NCBI GenBank assembly: GCA_977017645.1
Contig: OZ360229.1
Span: forward strand, 42,780,001-42,844,000
Source: Torpedo marmorata
Taxonomy: Eukaryota
DNA: 64,000 nt
Direction: 5' to 3'
Shown: positions 36,263 to 46,495 of the stretch, piece after piece
Layout: the number at the start of each line of letters is the position of its first letter
How positions within the stretch are numbered: the stretch's first letter is position 1
The notes under the pieces: generated by a model
The model's database searches: none
Told to the model about the DNA's origin: nothing
What the model saw: only the letters and a program-made list of their open reading frames with translations
Position numbers and translations under genes: made by a program

Positions 36263-39200
36263 AACCGGTGTTAGAGTCTCTCGGTCGTTTGGGAGGCCGG
36301 CCCCTGCGTCTGGGTGCCTGTAGTTCAATAGGTTGAGTTAAGTCCATGTGTGCTGGTTTTAAACGGTCTGTTGTGAAACATTCTTCTTTACCCCCAATGT
36401 CCAATATGAAGGTGGAGCCGTTATTTTGAACTACCCGGAAAGGACCTTTGTAAGGCCGTTGTAGTGGTGCCCTGTGTGGTCCCCCTCTGACGAACACATC
36501 CTCACATCTCCGCAGGTTGTTGGGGATGCGCTCAGGCCACCGTCCATGTTGTGACGTGAGGATCGGTGCTAGGTTGCCGAGTTGCTCGCGGAGTCTGTTG
36601 AGCATCTCTGCTGTGCTGGCATCTTGCCCCCTTGGGGCGGGTAGGAATTCCCCTGGTACCACCAGGGGGGTTCCGTAGACCAATTCTGCCGACAAGGTAT
36701 TGAGGTCTTCTTTAGGCGCTGTGCGGATCCCCAGGAGGACCCACGGCAGCTCGTCCACCCAATTCGGACCATCTAGGCGGGTCATTAGAGCGGCTTTTAG
36801 GTGGCGGTGGAAGCGTTCCACCTAACCATTGGATTGTGGGTGGTAAGCCATCATTTTGTGGAGCTGTGTGCCCAGCAAGTTGGCCATGGCTGTCCACAGG
36901 GCTGATGTAAATTGGGCCCCCCTGTCCGAGGTAATGTGGGCTGGCACCCCAAAGCATGCGACCCACGTGGTGATAAGGGCTCTGGCACAGGCTTCGATGG
37001 TGATGTCCGCGAGAGCGGCTGCCTTGGGCCAGCGAGTGAAACGGTCCACCATTGTGAGGAGGTATCGTGCTCCTCTGGAGACGGGTAGGGGGTCTACCAG
37101 GTCTACGTGTATGTGGTCAAATCGCCTGGTCGTTGGCTCAAATTTTTGTGGCTGGGTCTTTGTGTGGTTTTGGACTTTTGAGTTCTGGCACTGCACGCAG
37201 TTCTTGGCCAATTCGGTGACTTTCTTGCTGAGACCGTGCCAGACGAATTTACTGGAAATCAGCTTAGCGGTAGTTCTGATGGATGGGTGGGATAAGCCAT
37301 GAATGGAATCGAAAACCTGTCTCTGCCACGTGGCTGGGACAATGGGTCGGGGGTGGCCTGTGGAGATGTCACATAGGAGAGTTTGCTCACCTGTCCCAAT
37401 GGCGATATCCTGTAGTTGCAGCCCGGTGGTCGCAGTTCTGAAACAGTGCGTCTCTTCATCAGCCTGCTGCGCCTCTGCCAGGGCAGTGCAGTTGATCCCT
37501 TGGGCTAAGACTTGGATAGTTGGCCAGGATAGTGCGTCCGCTATAGCGTTGTCCTTTCCTGAGACATGCTGAATCTGTGTCGTGAACTCAGATATGTAGG
37601 ACAACTGGCGCTGTTGGCGGGCCAACTAGGGGTCGGAGACTTTCGAGAACGCGAAAGTGAGCGGCTTGTGGTCAGTGAAGGCGGTGAATGTTCTACCTTC
37701 CAGGAAGTATCGAAAGTGCCGTATGGCCAGGTTCAGTCCTAGTAGCTCCAGGTCGAAGGCGCTGTATTTAAGTTCGGGTGGCCATAAATGTCTATTGAAA
37801 AAGGCCAAGGGTTTCCAGCTGCCTTCACTAAACTGCTCCAGTACCCTGCCGACTGCCGTGTTTGAAGTGTCCACCGTGAGGGAGGTTGGCACGTCGGTTC
37901 TGGGGTGAACCAGCATCGTGGCATCAGCCAGGGCCTCTTTGGCTTTGTTAAAAGCCGCAGTGGATTCTGCGTCCCAAACCAGCGCTTTGGCTTTGCCAGC
38001 CATGAGGGTGAAAAGCGGACACATGATGCGGGCTGCTGCTGGCAGGAATCTGTGATAAACATTCACCACGAACTCCTGGAGGCCCTTGACGGTGAACGGC
38101 CGGGGGAATTTGCGAACCGCATCCACTTTGTCGGGTAGGGGAGTTGCGCCATGGCGTGTGAACCTATGGCCCAGGAAGTCAATTGTGGAGGTTCCGAACT
38201 GGCATTTGGCCAGGTTGACTGTAAGGCCGAATTGGTTTAGGCGATTGAACAGCTGGCGGAGGTGTGCTATGTGCTCCTGGCGGGTATTACTGGCGATAAG
38301 TATATCATCCAAGTAAATGAAAAGGAAGTCCAAATCCCACCCTACCGCATCCATTAAGCGTTGGAAGGTTTGGGCCGCGTTCTTTAGCCCGAATGGCATG
38401 CGGAGGAATTTGAACAGGCCAAAAGAGGTTATGATGGCTGTTTTGGCACATCCTCCGGTAGCACGGGGATTTGGTGATAACCTCGGATGAGGTCGACCTT
38501 TGAGAATATAGTCACCCCGTGCAGGTTGGCGGCAAAGTCCTGAATGTGGGGTATAGGGTAGCAGTCGCTAGTGATGGCTTCATTAAGCCTGCGGTAGTCA
38601 CCGGATGGCCTCCTCCCGCCGGATGCTTTGGGCACCATATGCAGTGGGCTTGCCCAGGGACTATCGGAGCATCTGATTATCCCTAAGGCCTCCATCCTGC
38701 TAAACTCTTCTTTGGCTAATCGGAGTTTATCCGGGGGCAAGCGGTGTGCGCGGGCGTGGAGCGTTGGGCCCTGGTTGGTGATGTGGTGCCTGACGCCATG
38801 CTTGGGCATCTCTGCCGTGAACTTAGGATCGGAAATCGATGGGAAATCAGCGAGCAAGTGGGTGAAATTGTCCTCTGGCTGCGCTACGGAGCTCAGCTGG
38901 GTGGAGTGGTGATTGGATTTTTGCAGGGCAAAGGATTGGATGGTCCGTGCGTGGACCAGCCGCTTACCCTGCAGGTCTACCAGTAAGCTGTGTGCCCTGA
39001 GGAAGTCGGCCCCAAGGATGGGCAGCCAAACGCTTGCAAACATGAAATCCCACGAGAAATGGCTGTTGTCGAACCGGAGGTATGCCGTCCTCGGGCCGAA
39101 TGTCGGAATGGAGCTGCCGCTGGCGGTCCGCAATGCGTGTCCCTGTGACCGGTTCCTGGTTTCGTACGGTGTCGGGGGAATAATGCTGATTTTGGCTCCT

Positions 39201-39280
39201 GTGTCCACGAGGAACCGCCATCCGGAATTCTTGTCCCTGACGTTCAGTAGGCTGTCTCTGTGGCCAGCCATCGTAGCCAC
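36246..39280 (-). pseudogene. Gypsy pol (PR, RT, RNase H, integrase) with premature stops and a frameshift
   Basis: FLVDTGA, MPFGLKNAAQTFQR, YLDDILIAS, TDHKPL, HGLSHP...CVQCQ, SDRGAQF, ERFHR. Confidence 0.9.
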
Positions 39281-39978
39281 TAGCGACGGCTGGCCTTGTC
39301 ATTTCCCGGAAACTTGCAGGGGGACCTGCACCAGCGGGCCTTCGGGCCCCAACGACGGTGGTAGAAACACCAATCGAGGTTGGCGTCGTCGCTGCTGCTA
39401 CCGTGGGCTGTGCGTTCGGTGGGACGAGCAGGGTTGGGGTGTTGGGTTTTTGGTTTGACCACTTGGTCGACAATTGTCTGACTCACCCTTCCTGCTTCCC
39501 AGAGAGTGTCCGCTCGAGTTGCCACTGTCCTGGGCGTGGAGAAAACCGCCTCTGCGAGTGCCAGGTGCACGTTGAGTGGCATCATCTCTAAGAAAACCTG
39601 CTCGAAGAAAAGGCTCGTGTGGCCTCCTGTGAGGGCCAGCATCTCGTCCATGAGCTGTGAGGGTGATCTGTCTCCCAGCCCCTCCAGTCGCAGCAAGCGG
39701 GCACCCCGCTCCCGTCGCGAAAGCCCGAAAGTGTTCATCAACAGGGCTTTGAAAGCGGGGTATTTACCCTCCTCCCGTGATCGGTGCAGGAAATCTTCCA
39801 CCCGTGCGGCTGCGTCCTCTCCGAGTGAGCTGACCACATGGTAGTACTTGGTGGCATCTCCGGTGATGCTGCGGAGTGCCAACTGTGCTTCTGCCTGATC
39901 GAACCACACATGGGGTTGGTGGGTCCAGAAGGTCGGCAGCTTGACGGCGACTGCTCTGATGGCCGTGGAGTCGGTCAT
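39280..39978 (-). CDS. Gypsy gag (open frame within decayed element)
   Basis: MTDS...AVAVKLPTFW...WFDQAEAQ...LGDRSPSQLMDEMLAL...CFYHRRWGPKARWCRSPC. Confidence 0.75.
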   Translation of the reverse strand: MTDSTAIRAVAVKLPTFWTHQPHVWFDQAEAQLALRSITGDATKYYHVVSSLGEDAAARVEDFLHRSREEGKYPAFKALLMNTFGLSRRERGARLLRLEGLGDRSPSQLMDEMLALTGGHTSLFFEQVFLEMMPLNVHLALAEAVFSTPRTVATRADTLWEAGRVSQTIVDQVVKPKTQHPNPARPTERTAHGSSSDDANLDWCFYHRRWGPKARWCRSPCKFPGNDKASRR

Positions 39979-40003
39979 TGTAGGTCCAAATTCGTTTGGA
40001 CTT

Positions 40004-40016
40004 GTCGGGGTCACCA
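40004..40016 (-). promoter_or_regulatory. Primer binding site, tRNA-Trp type
   Basis: - strand TGGTGACCCCGAC, 1 nt after the 5' LTR; matches the first 13 nt of the tRNA-Trp PBS. Confidence 0.75.
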
Positions 40017-40017
40017 A

Positions 40018-40321
40018 TGTAGCGTGAGCTACACAGAATTCTGAAGAACAACACACAGTCAGTGGGTTGCAAGCAAGACTGTTTAATCGGGTCTCGCAGC
40101 CCTGGCTTTTATGCAGGGCTGCGAGCTTAATTGCTGTCGTCTACATGATAATGGGAGCTGTACATTACAATGGGAACTTTCCCAGGTCTCCTGTCCTTCT
40201 TCTCCTGGTTCAAGAAGGGGGTTCGGTGCCATCTTTGCGCCAGCCCCTGCTGTTGCCACGTGTACTTGCGCGGCCGCCATTGCGGGCATTGCTTCGCTTG
40301 CCCAGAGTGGGTACCGCTACA
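40018..40321 (-). repeat. 5' LTR of Gypsy element
   Basis: 304 bp, TGTAGCG...CGCTACA inverted termini. Confidence 0.9.
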
Positions 40322-40440
40322 ACCAATTAAATAGCTTTTTCAAAAAGCTGGCATGTCCGATGGGTCAATTGGTCTTGTCCTGATTGCAACGTTCCATGAT
40401 CTTGGAGAGCATCGTAAAGTGATTCAATGGTGAATGGAAA

Positions 40441-40543
40441 TAAAAAACACAAAAGCTGGAGAACTCAGCAGGTCAAACAGTGTATTTTATGTAGCAAAGG
40501 TAGAAATACATAACCGACGTTTCGGGCTTGAGCCCTTCATCAA
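40441..40543 (-). mobile_element. Single Penelope pLTR arm with hammerhead-like motif
   Basis: Near-identical to 533-635; - strand TTGATGA-A-GGGC-TCAA-GCCC-GAAACGTC. Confidence 0.8.
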
Positions 40544-41949
40544 ATGGGTTGTGCAGCACTTGAGGAGTTCACACCTTTAAGGAAGAGAAGAAGCTCTGAA
40601 TCCCATTTACAATTAATTGAATCAGGTGGATATTTGGCAAAAACAGGATTTATTTTGGTCAGAAATATGATGGTGCCTGGCTTTATTTATAACAAATTAC
40701 CATTTAGGCAAGATATTGAAGAACTAAAAATTCCATAGAAGTAAGATCTGGCAGATATTTCAGGAAAGATGACAAATCAAAGTAATTCTGATGAGGTTTA
40801 AAGTAGTTTCATGTTGTATTTTAGACACACAAAGAGCAGATTAAACAACAAACAGGGAGCCTTGTCTTTAGAAGATGTTAGAGTAACAAGACAGCAGCAT
40901 ATTGGAGATTAAAGCAGCACACCATGAAACAGGTTTATAAAGTGACTCAGCTCTAACTGCAGCGAGTCTGCGGCAACACACAGAATTGAGGAGGTTCCAC
41001 AAGTCACAGAATGGCAGAAGAAAAACAACGAGCGTGCAGGGGCAGGTCAGCACAAGGAAGTTGCTGCCCATTAAATAAAACCATTGCTTCATTAATCAAC
41101 TCCCTGGGATAAAAAAAAATCATCTCTTCTTGACCCAATCTGAGCAACATCTCAGTTCATCTTCCCTGATGCCATCAATGCAGCAGGTACGTAATAATTG
41201 TTGACTTGCTACTGTTGTCTAAAATAGATCTGATTTGCATACAAATGGAAGGAAAATGGCTCAGGGGCATTATTCTACATAAAACGTTAGGGAGGGTTAT
41301 GCATAATTTATCAAAAAACCTTAATTCCTTGGAAAATGTGAAAAGAGCTTGCACTTGAACAACATTTTTGTACACCTTCAAAACATGTCAAAGCTTGTCA
41401 AGCAACTGAAAAAAGAAATACCTTCACTGCCTATTTTAGAACTGAACTATTACAGAGAGGTGCAGTTCTATATACCTTTTCTTTACAACCTGAGTCCCAT
41501 TTTACTTTCTATCATTTTTGATTTGTTAAAACTTAGTTGGTGTAACATAACACAGCATCACCTCAGTAATGCCTGCATAATTGAATTTTGGTTGAATTAA
41601 GCTTATTTCTAAAATATTTTTCAGTGAGCTCATTTTTGTATTAAATCATATTGGACATTATCCCAGTTACTTTTCACTTTAGATTGCCAGCAACCTTCCA
41701 AAAAAAATACATGTTGTGGATTTATTCTTCTTAAGGAAAGTCAATGCACCTTTCTGGTGTTGGAGAAACCAAGAAAGCAGTGATCAGTGTTATAGAACAA
41801 TTTCCATAGGTTTCTTTCCTATTCTTCTCGCAATCCATTCTTCATGAGCATTAACTAGATGTTATTTTCCACTTAGGACATATGAAAGCCAATGTTTTTT
41901 TGTTCACATTATACAGATGTACGCTGTACCCTTTAAAGTTTAAAAAATT

Positions 41950-42194
41950 TTTTTAGACATTCAGCACAGTAACAGGCCATTTCGGCCCATGAGCCCGTGC
42001 CGCCCAATTACACCCAATTAACCAACACCCCTGGTATGTTTCGAACGGTGGGAGGAAACCGGAGCCCCCAGGCAAAACCCATGCAGACACGGGGAGAACG
42101 CACAAACTCTTTACAGACAGCGTGGGATTCGAACTCCGGTCCCGATCGCTGGTGCTCTCACGGCATTGCGCTAACCGCTATGCTAACTATGCCA
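41950..42194 (-). mobile_element. tRNA-derived SINE (HE1/V-SINE-like)
   Basis: - strand A box (tagcatagcggttagc), B box (gagttcgaatcc), central gggttt...ggtttcctcccacc domain, CR1-like tail ggcctgttactgtgctg. Confidence 0.85.
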
Positions 42195-42244
42195 CCCACA
42201 CATATACATAAATGTTCACATACATCCTCAGATACACACCTGGA

Positions 42245-42985
42245 GCTCAACCTTGAGCTCAACAAAACCAAGGAGATGATTGTGGACTTCCAGAGGAAGT
42301 CAGGGGAACACGACCCAGTCCTCATCGAGGGCTCAGTTGTGGAGAGGGTCAAGAACTTTAAATTCCTGGGTGTCAACATCTCCGAGGATCTGTCCTGGAG
42401 CATCCACGTGGATGCAATCACAAAGAAGGCTCGTCAGCGGCTATACTTTGTGAGGTGTTTGCGGAGATTCGGTATGTCACCAAAGACTCTCGTAAACTTC
42501 TACAGGTATACCGTGGAGAGCATTCTGGCTGGTTGCATCACTGCCTGGTATGGTGGCGCCAACTCCCAGGACAAGAGTAAACTCCAGAAGGTTGTTAACT
42601 CGGCCTGTGACATCACAGGCACCAAACTTCACTTCATCGAGGATATCTACATGAGGCGGTGTCCTAAAAAAGCAGCCTCTATCCTCAAGGACCCCCACCA
42701 CCCAGGCCATGCCCTCTTCACTCTGCTTCCATCGGGGAAAAGGTACAGGAGCCTAAAGACGAGTACTCAACGGCACAAGGACAGCTTCTTCCCCGCTGCC
42801 ATCAGATTCCTGAATAATCAGTGAACCAAAGACACTGCCTTACTTTTCGTGCACTATTGTTTATAATTTTTTATAGTAATGTCGTTAGAATGGTTAATAT
42901 GAATGTTAATTGCACTATGATGCTGCCGCAAAACACCGAATTTCATGACTTGTTCATGACAATAAATTCTGATTCTGATTCTGAT
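42245..42985 (+). mobile_element. 5'-truncated Rex1/Babar-like LINE
   Basis: KTKEMIVDF...KKARQRLYF...DPHHPGHALFTLLPSGKRYR; AATAAA plus (TTCTGA)n tail. Confidence 0.85.
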
Positions 42986-43124
42986 CCCCCCAATCCCTGA
43001 CCACCTTAACACCTTTGCTGATAGTATCATTGGTATATTACCAATTGTACTAGTACAACCATCTCGCAGTTAGACCTTTACTCCGTAGGCACTTGTAATT
43101 CAAAGAAATAACGCATAAAGGATT

Positions 43125-43365
43125 GCCATTTATGGAAAAAATTTCTGGTGGACCCTCTTAATTTGTATTTGATTTTCTCCAGTTTAATAAAGAACTGATG
43201 TCCTTAATTCATTGTGTAATAGAAGGAAACCTATCAGACTTCCAGTGCAACAAGATTAGATGCTTGGTTAATAGGGATGTAAATGCTATTACATCTTTCT
43301 GAAGAGAATTTAGGGAGTTGTTGGAGATTCCAAATATTACGGTCAATGTTACAATGAAAGCCAAT
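43125..43365 (-). mobile_element. L1/Tx1-clade ORF2 C-terminal fragment
   Basis: AFTSLLTKHLILLHWKS...LKLEKIKYKLRGS...FFHKW. Confidence 0.65.
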
Positions 43366-43759
43366 GTTACTGCCCACATATTAGGCACTTTCAATGATTA
43401 GTGGACAATGATTTAGGAATCTATCAGATCTCCAATGATCACACTAATAATTCCCAGTTCTTCATCAGTCCAAGTCCAATGGTCATAAACTGGAACCTGA
43501 GCAGTAGGATTGCTCAGTAGGATTGCCCAGAAATTTGATGGCATAGCCATGTTTTCCTCCTCAACTTCAACAACACAGAGATTTTCATGCTTTGCATCAA
43601 TTTTTAAGCCAATTGAACAAGGTGATTTTTGTGTGGTGCTGTTATCTCTCCTGTTTCCATATCTAGGAACTACATTCGTGGATTGTCCAGAATAATGTGA
43701 GTACGTAGAATGGAACAGATAAGCTACATAAACACCTAACTCAAACTCCTACTGCCTTC

Positions 43760-43890
43760 AACATGCTCAAATACGCCGATGCTTTATCACTCCACAAATG
43801 GAAAGTTAAAACCAAGGCTGGGTGTGATTGTGACCATGCAAAACAAACTGTGGAACATTTGGTAAACCACTCACCACTATATTCTGTGCT
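43760..43890 (+). mobile_element. I/Ingi-group LINE C-terminal zinc-finger remnant
   Basis: LHKWKVKTKAGCDCDHAKQTVEHLVNHSP resembles the CxC...QTxxH...CP motif. Confidence 0.45.
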
Positions 43891-44394
43891 CCTTCTACAA
43901 AGGAAGTGCAAAATACACAAACTCTCGCCTGAATCCCTTTTAGGCTTGCAGAGCTTACATTCATGTTTAGCTTCTGAACATATTGCCATATGTTCTTGCT
44001 CTCTTTACATAATAAAACTGAGTGCTGCAGAACTTTGAACATTTGCCAGTGTTACAACTGTACTTACAGAAATTATTGTTTTTGAAACATAAGACACTCC
44101 CACTTTTCTTGATTCTGTATTTCATACCATAATTTTTGTTCTTTTTTGTTCATATGTTTCTTCCTGCTTTGTGTCCATTCACAAGAGCGACAAATGTAGG
44201 AATAAAAACACATGAGATTAAGCCAGCATTACCTCTCCCGGGAAATTCACTGACTGAATCCTTAAATTTAAAGCCATACATCATATTTTTTTATTCAGAT
44301 TTAAAAGGAAATTAAGCAGTCAGCCAGGTTTTCTCTTGCTTCATTATTATCCCATGACTTTTTCTTGAGTGTATATAATTAGAGAATTTTACAT

Positions 44395-44500
44395 TTAAAT
44401 TTAAACTTAGATAGACAGCACGGTAACAGGCCATTCCAGCCCACGAGCCCATGCTGCCCAATCACACCCAATTGACCTACAAATCCCCGTATGTTTTGAA
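44395..44500 (-). mobile_element. SINE 3' fragment
   Basis: Homologous to 41950-42050 and 57142-57260. Confidence 0.75.
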
Positions 44501-45344
44501 GTTTTTGAAGGATTTTGTCCAGCTAAAGAAATGGGATTGTGATCCACACTTCAGGAGAAATTTTGGGTGAGTTCATCCTGGATCTGGCCTGGCACCTGAC
44601 CTAACCACAGTACTCTGTTCCTGATGTGGGGACCAACTGAACTGACCCTATATATCCACGAGTTCTCTGCTGAGGTGCATCAAGCTTTGGATGGCACTTT
44701 GGTTCTAGTTCCAGGTAGCAAATCCTTCGAGTCTTGCCTCAGATCATTCTGATGGTCCTTTGACAGCTGCCATTAAATATTTCAAATTGTATTAAATGAG
44801 TTATTAAAGCAAAACAGGAGATTACATGCACTGGCATCAGACCTCCAGTTCATATATTTTTAATTTAGAGATTTTGCACGGTAACAGGCCCTTCTGCCCC
44901 ATGCCGCCCAAATACACCTGTACATCCCTGTCTATTGTGTTTCAATGCGGAGGCCCAGAAGTGGAGTTGGACAGTGAGGACTGCGTTCTCCACAGAACCA
45001 CCAGCCAGACATCAGTTCAATCTTTGACCCATAATTGAAAGACAAATGCCGACTCACGCAAAGCTGAACAAATTAGTCTCAGGTTTTTCTTGGTCTGAAA
45101 ACATGCAGTCCTTCCAGTTGGATCTGAATCAGGGACCCCAAAGATCAGCTGGGAAATGTGTGCAGACACAAGAGCAGAGGTTAAAAAAAGAAGCAATGTG
45201 AAATTGCAAGATGTAGAGTAAAAGAGTAAATAAATTTCTATTTGGCCTGCTGACATGAACAAGACTAATTAAATTGTGTTATGCATTGAATAGATTAACT
45301 TGACAAATTATGGTGCACACCTGAATCTCTCAGTTTAAGAGGCA

Positions 45345-45537
45345 CAGTATCCGGTACCTTTGGGGATTGGTAGATGCTAGATAAGTGAATTTGCCGGTTG
45401 CTTGAGATTGCGTGTTGTGTGGATTGGCGATCTGACCGCTCGGGGCGCCAATTTTAAACGTTCGTATTTTTTAACAATTTATTTTCCGTGATTTTTTTTG
45501 CCGGTTGCTTGAATTCCTGATAACGGGGATTTTGCTG
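45345..45537 (-). mobile_element. Tigger/pogo-like MITE, degenerate, inverted relative to 46279-46495
   Basis: Reverse complement of the 46279 copy (ggggattggtagatgc...gataagtgaattt...ccggttgcttgag). Confidence 0.7.
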
Positions 45538-46278
45538 TGCCATGATCCATTCATTTAACGTGAACACCACCATGTGACACACATGCTCCAGAAACTCCAC
45601 ACGGGTTTAAGCTCTCTTGAAATATCAGCATATAACAAGATGTCAAAACGAGCACATTACCGGCTATTTTGGTTGAAGGATTATTCAGTGGAAAACTGAC
45701 CTAGCAAATAAGGAAAACCGAGGGTTGTCTGTCCATGTATTGTGCCTGCTGTGGGGTAATTTTCAAGATTTTAGCAAAATAAATCTTATGACTCATTATT
45801 CCCAAACTAATGACAATTAATCTTATTGCCTTTTACAATATCTGTTGCCAAAATTGTGCAGAGAACATAAGCTAATTGCATGTGTAGAGGTCAAATTGGG
45901 CTGGAAGTTGTTTTATGTGCTTACAATATTGTGCATTACATCAACAGATTTTATCTAAACCTGACTGAGACATGCAGTCGTGCCATTTGAATGTGGGTCA
46001 TGCATTTCCTGATATTTGTTTCAGTCCCTCCACGTGAGTAATGTGGATACACAGAGAGGCCACCAAACAAGTGCGGTGAAATCAAAAGGCTCACAACTCA
46101 TTTTAATGTCAATGACAAAGGATTCCTCGGTGCTCCAAGGCCATGAATGGTGCATGAACTGAATTAGGCCAAATGAAGCATTTGGTGAGGCTCATCTTGT
46201 TATTAATTAAAAAGGACTATAAATAGCCAGGCATCTACAATGGCATGGATCATCTTCCAGAGAGACCTTCCTTAAGTA

Positions 46279-46495
46279 CAGAAAAACCCCTGTTATTTGG
46301 AATTTAAACAACCGGCAGCCTCAAGCAATGGAAAAAAAATCACTGAAAATAAATAGCTAAAAAATACAGGTTTAAAATTGGCACGCCTCGCTGTTAGTTC
46401 GCCAATCACGCAACACGCAGTCTCAAGCAACCGAAAAATTCACTTATCTGGCATCTACCAATCCCCATATGTGCCAGAATCCACGGGTTTTACTG
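46279..46495 (+). mobile_element. Tigger/pogo-like MITE
   Basis: TA|CAGAAAAACCCCTG...CACGGGTTTTACTG|TA: imperfect TIRs and TA TSD. Confidence 0.75.

Larger units (their letters stand above)
35951..40321 (-). mobile_element. Ty3/Gypsy LTR retrotransposon (gag-PR-RT-RH-INT), decayed
   Basis: Outer termini TGTAGCG...CGCTACA, TSD acca (35947-35950, 40322-40325), paired ~300-bp LTRs, PBS, all pol domains present. Confidence 0.93.

Noticed and set aside
36085-40383. Antisense and alternate-frame ORFs over the Gypsy element
   Set aside because: Shadow ORFs of GC-rich pol and gag.
41997-42824. 275-aa ORF as a novel gene
   Set aside because: Chance in-frame join of antisense SINE sequence with a Rex1 C-terminal fragment.
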